Below, one piece after another: positions 20,901 to 26,355 of a stretch of 64,000 nucleotides of DNA. The DNA lies in IMG/VR virus record IMGVR_UViG_2841531823_000001, positions 1-64,000 of that record, one strand, 5' to 3'. Within the stretch, counting starts at the first letter, position 1. The number at the start of each line of letters is the position of its first letter. Both the position numbers and the translations under genes were made by a program. Source of the stretch: a virus. Lineage: Duplodnaviria > Caudoviricetes. A model generated the notes under the pieces. The model had not been told where the DNA came from. It saw only the letters and a program-made list of their open reading frames with translations, and did no database searches.

Positions 20901-21009
20901 TCGCGGGAACCTTCGTCTTGCGCGCAATGCCTTCGACGCTCTGCCGCGCCGTCGATCCGCCCCCCTGCTTCGCGTCGTTCTGGGTCTCGAACATGAAGAG
21001 CGGGTTCAT
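5983..21009 (-). CDS. giant DarB-like polyvalent virion protein (5008 aa): InPase-like, N6-adenine MTase, SNF2 helicase, zincin peptidase, PRTase, PLxRFG and C-terminal LPD-type domains
   Basis: HYGRILRTEGADGDHVD..DEHKVILG; LEPSVGAG and GNPPF; VGAGKT, DEAH, QREGRIVRQGN; HEILH; VVDDTLTQGGT; YFPLGRFG. Confidence 0.92.
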   Translation of the reverse strand: MNPLFMFETQNDAKQGGGSTARQSVEGIARKTKVPANVLIALAETGGAKTADEALAIAEQAAAELGPRIQAGEDIKSLIRETAGDKADAFMTRAREIGEALYPKQMAKLKAAQPPKEGGLGAAVGVGIDQLQQATGSAIEGVGRSTGLDGLAEYGAGVADRNRQEIEDASAGMTRLEDVDGVGSGAKFVGETLAQQVPQLGVSLGAAATGAAIGTAVLPGLGTAAGAVGGMIGGTLANLPFFYGMNRERQKEAHPSEGVDELKAIVASAPQAALDTFGDMLIGGLALKPAAKGLTGIFTRAVPREVAEKAGMKILGRAAGGAAMGGMVEVPTEIGQSVIERAQAGLPLWDEDARREYLEVGVAAGIVGGTVGGVAGAMGRHEPEVNVEEPPRPEAEQQTLALPAPEAGGTIFGAGPTRDPAAFERQPGDYRAGDPTQQPAQFRPGGTLRTALNAGMAAQAPAPANPSAPAAPAPAPTPAMRAAANLSPGEILPGVQPGAAVRVWTPDGNPIGGTLTAQSPMAVAVTTSDGEVLEIPRSEFDAGQVSISLAPTTEPGPELERPATIREGEQPVIKTGKAKPEDPPAAAAPEPKPQGPGPMPPAPALAEPPARATGDFSDLTPDEARKRIAIIEDQARARGWDARLRGIHDQLKAVADADMLADNAAAQEASKIRPAVIAKKDGTPFKSEAQARRAVENQGRDPAAYRIEPKDGGFVAVPTADQAGTIQEEAAGETATAPATGPVGPEADGAAVLPDGARVGEVPAQDRGTVEEGRAQDQAVPEEASPASAGIAPDDAPAGNMDGAAAGTKPAPALTGEIITPEEDARARKDAAASVGVDLQPPPVPRTAPWWDAADADTRKAILREAGPAAEREHRKAMTWGGMSENGRRALTDAYGRLYRAGTIRNAGTIEAPKPALALPPAAPPSTLPAPSQAEGDAMPAGEVDPEAHAYAKEAERRYIEKRGGRVVARAADSVYMGAYNRFMTEKRASLSQAEAAPAPVKESLTAEAPAPSITDIRSKAAVLRGVPKDAPPAVPGVSLKWDERERGFIFSRKHRPAVEQAMGLAEAKAAPPVEPRVDTPQPQPQPQQKETASGQGMQEGRQGREEVAQPKQEQPAAGESPAPETVPVADARHEEKKRKAREAGAAAARDGEPRKPPAWFGEDLGAEWLAGYAETSVKAPAESWRENRGLALFKRVMGQPDNSLEDMRTGIFPDVAEYADWLGSLSDADLDKIAPVFRDEYNPFHGATFLGNGGIAEAEAAFARVGVVRGGKPAVPTREEIDAAAAETDPNPTEAQKEAENYRTGKAPWNGLTLSIENAKGSIRSKTTPDGKTAWSVKMPAHYGRILRTEGADGDHVDFYMGDMPDSDFVLIVNQVDAETGKWDEHKVILGTGSTSAALGIYEAGFSDGKGRQRIGSFTATSVEGFKNWLASGDLTKPTEPVKKREAAQNPAPVAADPEKPKPAPKKPKAAAQPAASKPKGLKGLTEAENAELAALEAEFLAMLKNQVNSGLDPQMVAVAFKIGSLYVKSGTRRFRALIDTMIDRMGLTLEQAQPYARNAYNQIRDDMELAGEDVADMDSAEEVIREVRKMRAAASKKTESDATMDEAPTSEAEDAGDAVRRDGAEALEGASPDDVPGDGEGRVAERGGAGSEPEGSGAGGRADAEGDAEARGGRTRAPRGNSAATRKPVGEKKPKGGRKRARVSDTAADSDKVGEQGAETEKAKAGKVNIPAVNFTITDALRLGEGTEGQKYADNVAAIRLLKQIEGENRRATPDEQAILARYVGWGGLKNAFRVAGSGDGEGIAKGWEKRVSELEELLDPSEIKVARNSTKAAHYTSRTVVDAVWQGVQRLGFTGGAVLEPSVGAGNFLGLMPESLRGKSQVLAVEYDSITARIAKLLYPGHEVLHSGFEKVPLPDGRFALAIGNPPFGRDRLFFRYQPDVNGRTIHNQFFLASLKALAPDGLLAMVVTHNLMDALDPKNRVDMARLANLEAAIRLPSNAFMENARTEVVTDILFFRRWTEDQAEAADLAARSLGIDGAAILANDKLDPALVSKATSLRDSLARWVLSGKVTDPAGSGAEISVNDYFMRNPRAVIGKIDASGTMNGRADLNVTMENPAEFGAKLKEAIAGIRERAPRDAVAERTSASFSRMAEAMRLAVAGAEPGGVRVDENDTLKTVVEMDTGDGRPLLTEIELTADTPFSPDYTYAGDGKWQIQEDVLDEKGKPVKVRKADGTLSTRNQKIIRTVDQADVPAASRWGKNRIAMLRDALPIRDLMKRQFVLEVQDGTEKQIERNREKLNAAYDTFVKAHGPLTKASTARMLLTMPDGALALGAEEIVDGKPQKAAIMSRRVTMPHAPITAAKDASEAVAVSLSERGEIDLERIAQLLGTDQAGAEKALSAGENPRAFFDPETGRWEPADLYLSGLVRRKLNAAIAAGLEANIKALEAVQPPRWEAGDITPNLGSTWIPPQVYSDFLKHLGYSRSAVVFQPVSNLFGVQTDGNPASQWATSDRALSPAEIVERLLNSAPLKVTYRDSEGKTHVDEEATAESQIKGTEIFNEFLDWAFQSDDRREQLVDIFNEKFNTRLIRQRDGSHLQLPGKNPAIKMRRHQLNAIWRGITDRTVLYDHVVGAGKTFTAIARVMERRRMGLSRKPLIVVPNHLIEQWKSDFLQLYPGANVLAASKTDFEAKNRRRLFARIAAGDYDAVIIGHSSFGFINLDPSTEERYVEAELKAARDAVAEAEEAAEEAGFVTFGKRKPFGVAEAERLVTKLEERLAKIRARNRDKLISFEEMGIDDLTVDEAHEFKNLSYSSRLQGVSGMGNKTGSAKAIDLHLKSRSLHDRQGTSIAFLTGTPISNSVAEMYLVLRNLAPNELIEMGIDNFDAWRAMFVSYASAYEPTESGSVKEVTRLGREWMNMRSLMDLYYSVADAVPLDDIKKAFAEDNDGAPFPVPPVKSQKAGKGDREMVAVKPDAAQRAILKDIVSGFDSLPGIRNPKERNIERLKLMDRARKVSLDARAVDPSISVEEGSGKIGAVVDNVARIWRDKAEDRGTQVIFLDRSVPKAKGDEAFVAKYDEWVAKLEKARAEGDEAGEAKAVEELDKFDVQDVEARRNAVMGGWNAYDEIKRLLAKRGIPESEIRFVQEAEDDKAKKALFKQVRDGSVRVILGSTPRMGAGTNIQDRLVALHHVDVTWKPSDIEQREGRIVRQGNKLLEKYGHDGFEVEVLAYATEMTVDAKMWALNATKLKAINGIRKYDGSFNMEFEDEESANMAEMAALATGNPPMVERVTLQGDLNKLDVQSRSFNNRVNGLRAQLRQVDRTLENADADAALVRGYLPVVEEAFAGVQEREAQRSITIEGKTFDSAQAAYDFGLEQIAEQRGDKEKARFKLDIEGLPVTSVDALEKEIRRKFGTEDFEMEIGGERIIDIRDAVRKLDELLESEVRRQTANGADSAFIDGVAFKGLPMEIDIVTSPGDLGVRAAIDLNMVHEKQVVQFSQVWGTVGALRGPIWTGLDRLLEHFRPSVLRRRIANIEAGKEKAQREKPELEAELAKPWAKAEEYEQKQTRLKEVIAELASASDASRLADMPETEVVDDLLPPDEGLDSRFGAEPVDPREITDDDLNRVEAEAAAELRKIGISRRVTAAAVRGLRSTGVFGHYRNGFIGLRVGAGDWRGTLDHEILHALRDPGNAGGAEYGLFTRDEWVGLVRAARKDADIVARVEEAYPDLNTAGRSEEMVAELYREWAQGRRDMGALAAAFQKVKALFLALANALRGRGFQSAALTMERIAAGEIGGRGPQPRGPDGRWQSREAEADMRAPLRLGPAIIAGDLASATTHPDYAAAKAGDVAAAVRVARDLVTDDLVKRVREALGPHQPLVVPVVSEEAAGRNKIPLAAAGVLASRLGLNIAAEIVQANAPRRTALPGLDRIFAAPEFDGPVSAGQDYLVVDDTLTQGGTFASLAGHIEAGGGRVVSTVALTGKQYSAKLALSPETLQALRDKHGDIEPDFIRATGYGFDALTESEARYLARFKPTEAVRDRILAEGRRGGAGADQGNAQGLTGHEFRADLIRPRGAAAERGLISQILTDAMGGKGRANLLALVPGEPLLAELGKRLPSIRAYLNLKHDMGAERNERQARADEVAQRWRKAMRGKEGQKQNQAMMDLMHESTIARLDPSKPFVKPRRGPNEGASAYAARIVAGQEAHADLKAKFDALPEPLQSIYREVRDFYREMADAEERAVLENVRVAMSVNLQRAQRAYDDEMQRIRDDGLEGAEYDEAVDAAKRRLATVKRSAGWGASARISALRSVFESNRIEGPYFPLGRFGNYFVTVRDADGKVVSFSKFESEREQQAFAAEQKKTGARVQMGVMTDAAGKMKEMIDPTFVADIEKLVGDAGKDDALMDAIWQRYLETMPDLSIRKSRLHRKGTEGFTRDAFRVFGVKAFHGAHQIARLRFGMKMTNELEKAEVDADKTDDPNRAKLVVNEILRRHEFTMNPKSSAWSAWASSAAFVYYLGATPAAAMVNLSQTTIVGVPVMLARFKGANVTGVTRELLRGLRDFASGKGHAADSKRLTHDEKRALAEAYRRGVIDKSQSHDLAGIAEAGAEYSDLRARLMKPIAFMFHHTERMNREITFLAAYRLGRAEGQSHEAAVETAGRVTWDTHFNYESDARPRLLQQDWLRVAFTFRNFQINMLYRLFRDMHQMVRGRTAEERKEARTQLIGITASMMLHAGITGTWGYALITALLGLFDDDGADGVEEEIKQGLIGLFGPEIAGLFLKGVPGHLTGIDLTSRLGMPELWFRAPDRQMEGDDLYAYWVEQVIGPVPAIGASIFTGIGVAADGNVYRGVETAVPKFVRDAMKGFRYMTEGVTTRKGDTILEDVSPAQAITQALGFSPAKVSERYEINNRRMNAQKRIEDDRREILNEITKALRAGERPSREAFDQVAEFNRAHPQFAITGDTIRRSLRSRIKAGQDIAEGGGIRLNDKLEREIMARFGATSLYG
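8817..8945 (-). CDS. nested +1-frame small ORF overlapping the end of the PRTase domain (start uncertain)
   Basis: C-terminal LKPSEIESLRKDAAAALAQIKAMLKA amphipathic helix uses GC3-rich codons; no clear RBS. Confidence 0.45.
   Translation of the reverse strand: MRLPSPKPDTSRGSSRLKPSEIESLRKDAAAALAQIKAMLKA
15936..16163 (-). CDS. nested +1-frame gene, TnpV-like small helical protein (75 aa)
   Basis: GAGG-6nt-ATG; strong GC3 bias; YAGMALKHWKEHLPTMY..EAEELVLPEEILLPPE resembles the TnpV pattern. Confidence 0.75.
   Translation of the reverse strand: MLGTQYAGMALKHWKEHLPTMYRAMEKDGSLNAEAQGASRRAAEQVAALMQKGMQKHEAEELVLPEEILLPPENP
16193..16221 (-). promoter_or_regulatory. putative internal sigma70 promoter for the nested TnpV-like gene
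   Basis: TCGAAA-17nt-TACCAT with extended -10 TG. Confidence 0.45.
17685..17729 (-). CDS. nested +1-frame micro-ORF MAKGCKKGGRGGRK (14 aa)
   Basis: AAGGAG-7nt-GTG preceded by unstructured (CAACCT)n. Confidence 0.45.
   Translation of the reverse strand: MAKGCKKGGRGGRK
18567..18815 (-). CDS. nested +1-frame gene, basic 82-aa protein
   Basis: AGGAGGAGG-6nt-GTG; codons CTG/AAG/TTC/GAC/ATC typical of host while main frame turns A/T-ending and low-complexity. Confidence 0.75.
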   Translation of the reverse strand: MKQQLHLQLDLSDPRLTALPFCLTAHESVKFLRRIGALSKKDARKIKRFLKKPHPLPPGSRLTMLLRAIWMVQLQAPSLRRH

Positions 21010-21095
21010 CGTGGCGCCTCATCTGGTGCAGGGGTGCCGGGACGATACCACACATCCGCCAACGGGGAACATATCGGATCACATGGCGGATAAAC

Positions 21096-21688
21096 TGCGC
21101 CGCGCGCTTGGCGGGCCTGACGCGACACGTCGCGGGACGGAGAGGTGCCACGTCAGCACCCGCCAGAAGGCGGTTGTGGAGTGCCGCAGTTTCCGCACCG
21201 CCCCACGCGATGCCTCGTGACCGATCAGCGGCGTTCGTTCCCGTTGACACGGGGCAGATCAAGCGCGGGCCGTGGACCGTCCATCCTGTGGCAGCGTCCT
21301 GCTTGCAGCCCACCTTCCGAGGGGCGTCCGCGCTCGGAAGAAGCTGCCCGTTCCTCGACACAAGAACAGGACAGGTCGATCAGTCCTGTCCATGGCGGCC
21401 GCTCATCTTGGCCCGGAATCGAACCGGGAGGCAGCTTCATCTCAGTGCGGTGAGGGGCTTTCCACCCCCCTTGGCTACCGGGCAACTCGTGCAAGAACTG
21501 CACAGGTTGCTGCTCGAGGTCGGGGCGCGGTAGCTTCCCCTAGCATTCTGCCCGCGCCACCCCGGCCTATCAGGGCTTCCGGTTTCCCGGATGGCGACCC
21601 CTTTTCCGGCGAGCCGGCGGGGGCGGGATTGCCGCGCTGGTTCCGTCTGTCGGGTTCCCCCGCATCATCCGGGCGCGTTCGGCGCACT
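21096..21688 (-). ncRNA. candidate large structured ncRNA (~590 nt)
   Basis: 5'/3' closing helix (21673-21686 with 21096-21107), more than 10 internal stems, T-loop-like GGTTCGATTCC, GAAA tetraloop, upstream promoter, no credible ORF. Confidence 0.7.
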
Positions 21689-21693
21689 TGGGT

Positions 21694-21722
21694 CACATAG
21701 CGGGACACACGGCCCCTGTCAA
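21694..21722 (-). promoter_or_regulatory. sigma70-type promoter of candidate ncRNA
   Basis: TTGACA-17nt-TATGTG; predicted TSS ~21687 coincides with start of the closing helix. Confidence 0.6.
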
Positions 21723-23782
21723 TCAAAGCTCGCGACCGGGACATCCCCCAGGAGCGTCTCGATGTCGGCCCCAGGATTGGCCTGCAGCGCCTGCGCCGCC
21801 GAGATGATCTGCGCGGGGCTGTAGGTCTCGATCACCGCGTCAGGGTCGATCACATCGCCGCGCGACTTCGCCTCCGCCTCGATTGCCGCCTTCAGGATCT
21901 CGGTCGCCGCCTTCAGATCCTTGAGCGAGTCCGAGGTGGAGCTCTTTTTCGGATCGCTGATGGCCGCCCAACCAGCCTCGAAGGCCGCCACCGGATCCAG
22001 CGCGGAATAGGCCATCATCATCAGATCCTCGCCAGAATATTCCTGCGTCACGGTCTCGCCGGTGCGGTCGTTGCGCATGGTGAGCTTGGCCCGCCGGATC
22101 TTCCCACCGTCGCCCTCGATGATCTCGAGGCCGCCTTTCGGGATCGAGAACCCGTCATCGTAGTAATCGGCGTTGTTGAAGACCTCTGTGAGGTGCCTCT
22201 CGGCAGCGTCAGTGTCGCGGAGCATCATGGCATGGGTGGCGGCCATGTAGGACTTGATGCCCTTCTGCACGCCCTGCTGCTGCGACCACTCCTGGAAGGC
22301 CTGCGCCTCCTTCACGCGCCCGGTGCGGAGGAACCGCTCCACGATCGCAGGCATCTCCTCCTCGTTGAACATGCGGAGGCCATCGGTCGCGGCGCGGTCG
22401 CGGCGGGCGGCCGTCGTCTTGACCGGCATATCCTCCCCGATCACGCCCATGCCGAAGGTCGTCCGCGCGGACTTCTCGGCAGCAGCGGCGCCGGTGCCAG
22501 CCGGGGCGGCCGCGGCGGGCTGCGCACCGAAGGACAGTTGCGCTGGCTGCGGCGCGGGCTGCGGCGCGGGCCCGGCCGCCTGCGGCTGTCCAGCCGGGGC
22601 CGCTGCAGGCGCGCGCGGGGCGGCCCGGTTCGCCTCCCCGGCCCGCATGAGTGCCGCGCCCGCCTCGGGGGCCTGCGCCGCCGCCGCGACCACGCCGGCC
22701 GCCTGCTGCGCGCGCCCGGTGACGTCGCCGCCCATCGCCGCGAAGTCCCGCATCGCGCCCGGATAGATCCCGATAGCGCGGCCGATGCGTCCCGGGACCG
22801 AGCCCACGGCATCGGCGATGCTTTGCGCCCGGCGGCCCGCCGCATCCGCCGGAGCGGCCGGCGGCGCCTGCCGGCGCGCGTACTCCTCGGCGATCTGCGC
22901 CTTTGCCTGCTCCTCGGCCTGCGCGAAGGCAGCGGCCTTCTCACGGGCGTCGCCCTTGTCATTCTGATAGCGCCATTCCCCGCCGATGGCGGACACGGGG
23001 AGCCCGGCCGCCTCACGTTGGCTGCGGTTCATGGCGGCCCATTGCTCATAGGTCGGTTCGCTCGCCGTGGCCGGCACCGGCTGGCCCGCCGAGGTTTGCG
23101 GGATGCCGGCTGCACCAGCCAGCCGCGGATCCACGCGCCCGGCGCCGTAGCCCGAGATTTCGGGCCCGATCTCGCGCGCAAGATCGCGGATGGAAAGCTG
23201 CCGCTGCCCGGTGTTCGGGTCCACGAGAGCCACAGGGGCAGGGGCCGCGGGGTCCGGCCCGCGCGTGGGCGCCTCGCTCATCACCTGCGGCGGCTGTCCG
23301 GCTGCGGCCGGCGGGCGCGCGTTCATGGTGGAGAGGCCCAGCCGCCCGACACCCTGGGGCGCCGCGGGCTGGGCTGGCCGCGTCACCCCCGGCTGCGCGG
23401 CCTCCACCTCCTCACGGGACGGGATTCCGAAGCTGAGACGCCCGCCACCCGCCACATCCGGCATGTCCATGGGATCGCGGCGAGGTGCGGTTTCCGTGCC
23501 ATCGGGTCCGATCCCCTTCATCTGATCGACAGTCGCATTCCACGCGGCCTCATCGGCCTCGCGGAACTGCTTCAGCCGCTCGCGCTCGGATTTGGTGAAC
23601 GCGCGCTCATCACGCTGCGCGGCCTGATCCTCGCGCGCCCAATCCATCTGCTCGCGCCGCCACTTGAACTCCTCGTCCTGCATGGCGCGCTCGCGCTTGC
23701 GGTTCTTGAACTCGTCCATCCATTCGGCGCCCTGAAAGCCGCCCTGAATGAGCCCCGATACGAAAGACGCCGCTCCGGCCAT
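21719..23782 (-). CDS. putative internal virion/DNA ejection protein
   Basis: 687 aa, Ala/Pro-rich, SFVSGLIQG N-terminus; position between tail genes and giant protein. Confidence 0.65.
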   Translation of the reverse strand: MAGAASFVSGLIQGGFQGAEWMDEFKNRKRERAMQDEEFKWRREQMDWAREDQAAQRDERAFTKSERERLKQFREADEAAWNATVDQMKGIGPDGTETAPRRDPMDMPDVAGGGRLSFGIPSREEVEAAQPGVTRPAQPAAPQGVGRLGLSTMNARPPAAAGQPPQVMSEAPTRGPDPAAPAPVALVDPNTGQRQLSIRDLAREIGPEISGYGAGRVDPRLAGAAGIPQTSAGQPVPATASEPTYEQWAAMNRSQREAAGLPVSAIGGEWRYQNDKGDAREKAAAFAQAEEQAKAQIAEEYARRQAPPAAPADAAGRRAQSIADAVGSVPGRIGRAIGIYPGAMRDFAAMGGDVTGRAQQAAGVVAAAAQAPEAGAALMRAGEANRAAPRAPAAAPAGQPQAAGPAPQPAPQPAQLSFGAQPAAAAPAGTGAAAAEKSARTTFGMGVIGEDMPVKTTAARRDRAATDGLRMFNEEEMPAIVERFLRTGRVKEAQAFQEWSQQQGVQKGIKSYMAATHAMMLRDTDAAERHLTEVFNNADYYDDGFSIPKGGLEIIEGDGGKIRRAKLTMRNDRTGETVTQEYSGEDLMMMAYSALDPVAAFEAGWAAISDPKKSSTSDSLKDLKAATEILKAAIEAEAKSRGDVIDPDAVIETYSPAQIISAAQALQANPGADIETLLGDVPVASFD

Positions 23783-23785
23783 GTC

Positions 23786-24493
23786 TTATCCCCTGTCCGC
23801 GAATTTCTGGAACCAGCGCCAAGGCCCATCGCCGCCTTCTGATGCGGGCGCGGCCGCCGGCTGATAGGTCGCGAGGAGCGCGCGCGTCTTCTCGCGGTGG
23901 GGCGCGAACTGCGTCCGCACCTTGTCCAGCACGGTGCCGGGCGCCCCGCCGTTCTCCGCGTCCGAGGCGTTGTATCGGCCCGGCGCCCCGGCGTTTACGA
24001 TGGAATAGGCATCCTCAATGCCCATGCCCGGCTTCCAGCCATTCTCGCGGAAGTAGCGCACCACGGCACCTTCTTTCCCGAGCTGGCTGGCGAGGGCGTT
24101 GTTCCAGTCCACACCGTACTGCTTTGCCTGCGGCTCTCCGAACTGGATCAGGCCCTCATGCTGGCCCCATTGCGTCCTCGGCCCTTTGGCGCGCGGATCG
24201 AAAGTCCCGGCGGTCTCGTAGCTGATGATGGTGCCCAGATCCTCGGGGCTCATCTCGAGCGCGGAGGCGGTCTCATGGAGAAGCGGCAGGAAGCTCGTAT
24301 CCACCTTCGGGATGGGAGCGCCAGCCGCGGGCGTCTCTGCCGCCGGGCCGGCTCCCGGCCCGCCACGCTGGCGCCGCAGCGCGTTCGCCTCCTCCATGAT
24401 CGACATCTCACGGTCGCGCGCCTGCTTCTGGTCCTTCCACATCATGGCGCCGGCCACGCCCTCCATGAGACCGGATGCGAAGCTCAGGCTCAT
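23786..24493 (-). CDS. ejection protein with lysozyme/transglycosylase-like domain
   Basis: LGTIISYETAGTFDP..GLIQF motif. Confidence 0.7.
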   Translation of the reverse strand: MSLSFASGLMEGVAGAMMWKDQKQARDREMSIMEEANALRRQRGGPGAGPAAETPAAGAPIPKVDTSFLPLLHETASALEMSPEDLGTIISYETAGTFDPRAKGPRTQWGQHEGLIQFGEPQAKQYGVDWNNALASQLGKEGAVVRYFRENGWKPGMGIEDAYSIVNAGAPGRYNASDAENGGAPGTVLDKVRTQFAPHREKTRALLATYQPAAAPASEGGDGPWRWFQKFADRG

Positions 24494-25479
24494 GCGTCAA
24501 CGGCCTCCCGCGTCTTCGGCTTGCCCTTGGCGCCGGCAATCGAGTCCACCTTGGCGGCGAGCTCTTCGACCTGCCCCGCGAGCTCCTTTGTGGCCCCCAT
24601 GTTGATTCCCAGAGCGTCAATGATGGAGATTTCCTTGCCGTTCCCGAGCCCGGTCTTCGCCGTGAACTCCTCGGCATAGGGCCCGATGTGCTCGCCGCCG
24701 TCTCCCTCGCCGGGCTTGTACTGCCACTTCTCGACGCGAAGCTCCTTCACCGCATCGAGGACGCCATGAACGGGCCGCTTGTTCTCCTTCACTTCCTCGG
24801 ACGAGGACATGAGCCATGCGCCGCCCAGCATGCCGATGGCCTGCCCGAAGCCCGCTGCGCTCTGCTGCTGCGCGTTGTAGGCGCTCAACTGGTTCTGGTA
24901 CTGCTGGTTCAGCATCGAGCCCTGCGCCTGCGTGCCCTGCATCGCCCCTTGGAAGCCGGAACTGGCAGCCCCGTTGGAGATCTGCATCGAGGTAGCCGGG
25001 TTCACGGCGAGCCCCTTCCCGAGGTTGATGGCATTCGCCATCTTGCCCTCGGCGGTGGCCTCGACCTGTCGGCGGGCTGTGTTGGACGCGCCCGCCGCCG
25101 CAAGCGCCTCGGAGGTGGCCGTCTTGCGCGCCTCGGAGGCGAACCGGCCAGAGGACGGATTCACGCCCATAGCGGACAGCTGCCGCTGCTGCTGACCACG
25201 CGCGAGGGCAGATTGCTGACGCACGTCGGCCACGGCCTGAGCAACCGCAGCCTGCCGCCGCTCGGGCGAGTCGTAGGCCTTGGCCTCGGCGATATACTGG
25301 TCCTCGAGCGGGACAAAGACGCTCTGCTGCCGATCCCGATCCTCGGCCGCCCACTCGTTCGTCACCTTGGCCTGGTCCTGCATCCAGGCCAGATAGCGCC
25401 GCCCAGTCTCGGCCGTCTCAAGCGCGGCCTTCCCGATCTGCGGGTCAGGTTTCGGTGCCGATCCGCCGCCTTTGCCCAT
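24490..25479 (-). CDS. DNA-transfer/pilot-like protein with C-terminal peptidase S74-like chaperone domain
   Basis: MGKGGGSAPKPDP N-terminus; SSEEVKENKRPV..WQYK..HIGPYAEEF followed by coiled coil. Confidence 0.75.
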   Translation of the reverse strand: MGKGGGSAPKPDPQIGKAALETAETGRRYLAWMQDQAKVTNEWAAEDRDRQQSVFVPLEDQYIAEAKAYDSPERRQAAVAQAVADVRQQSALARGQQQRQLSAMGVNPSSGRFASEARKTATSEALAAAGASNTARRQVEATAEGKMANAINLGKGLAVNPATSMQISNGAASSGFQGAMQGTQAQGSMLNQQYQNQLSAYNAQQQSAAGFGQAIGMLGGAWLMSSSEEVKENKRPVHGVLDAVKELRVEKWQYKPGEGDGGEHIGPYAEEFTAKTGLGNGKEISIIDALGINMGATKELAGQVEELAAKVDSIAGAKGKPKTREAVDA

Positions 25480-25910
25480 CAGACAGTCCCTTCCCACCAA
25501 GGGCATTGTTCGCGCAACATGCCGAACAGAATGCCGTCTCCCCCATCGTCCGCCCCGTCGGGTAGGAACCCGCAGAACCTGAAACCGAGCTTCAGGGCCA
25601 TGACCTGCACCGCGATGTTGCGGGCCGAAACCAGCGCGTTCACCCGGCCGAGGCCCAGAAACTCGAAGGCGTAGCCGAAGATCGCCCGCAGCACGGGGCG
25701 TGTTGCCCACGCCCGGCGGCCGTTCGACGCGATGTGCATACTGCAGTAGTGCGAGTAGAACGCATTCAGGCAGATCACGGCGTGTAATTCGCCCCATTCA
25801 TCGATCACCCCAAGCGCGATGGTCTCGGGAGGCATGGCACCGGGCCGGATGCCCATTCTTGGCTCCGCCCATGCAATCAAGTCTGTTTGGTCATCCGATA
25901 TTACGCGCAT
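25479..25910 (-). CDS. GNAT family N-acetyltransferase
   Basis: IFGYAFEFLGLGRVNALVSARN..KLGF (RimJ/RimL-type). Confidence 0.8.
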   Translation of the reverse strand: MRVISDDQTDLIAWAEPRMGIRPGAMPPETIALGVIDEWGELHAVICLNAFYSHYCSMHIASNGRRAWATRPVLRAIFGYAFEFLGLGRVNALVSARNIAVQVMALKLGFRFCGFLPDGADDGGDGILFGMLREQCPWWEGTV

Positions 25911-25962
25911 GGCTCACCTGCCTACGCACATGATATAGCAGAGCCGGCGCCGCTGCGACACA

Positions 25963-26355
25963 TCATCTTGTGGTTTCCTCGCCGATCCGCGCGACGACGA
26001 CGGCTCCGAGCATCGCGGCCCAGAGCACAAACGCGGCCACGGTCGGCCAGAACCCCCAGCTGAGTGCCGCGGTGATGATGAGCGCACCGGCTGCGACATG
26101 GGCGGCGTCAGCGATGCTGTCGCCCAGGTCCGCCCCGCGCTGTAGGCCGCGCTCCCACGCAACGAAATAGAGCACTCCGGCCGCGGGCGGCGCCAGCGCT
26201 GCAGGGATGCCGCAGCCGAGCAGGATCAGCGCCATGGGGATGCCAACGGCCGCGGCGTGGCCGGTCTGCGAGGTCAGCGCGCCGTACCAGTTCCGTTGGA
26301 AGCTGTCAGGCGTCAGAAGGGTCGCCATCATGACGGAGAAGAGGCGTCGGATCAC
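25963..26355 (-). CDS. membrane protein
   Basis: GTGA overlap with upstream stop; about 4 hydrophobic helices. Confidence 0.6.
   Translation of the reverse strand: MIRRLFSVMMATLLTPDSFQRNWYGALTSQTGHAAAVGIPMALILLGCGIPAALAPPAAGVLYFVAWERGLQRGADLGDSIADAAHVAAGALIITAALSWGFWPTVAAFVLWAAMLGAVVVARIGEETTR

Noticed and set aside
21096-21688. Group II intron, tmRNA or tRNA interpretation of the structured region (starts GTGCG, has a T-arm)
   Set aside because: No domain V or intron ORF, not inside a gene, and the T-arm is not followed by an acceptor stem with CCA
21108-21824. Short ORFs across the 21.0-21.7 kb gap
   Set aside because: No RBS, no codon bias, and compositions not protein-like
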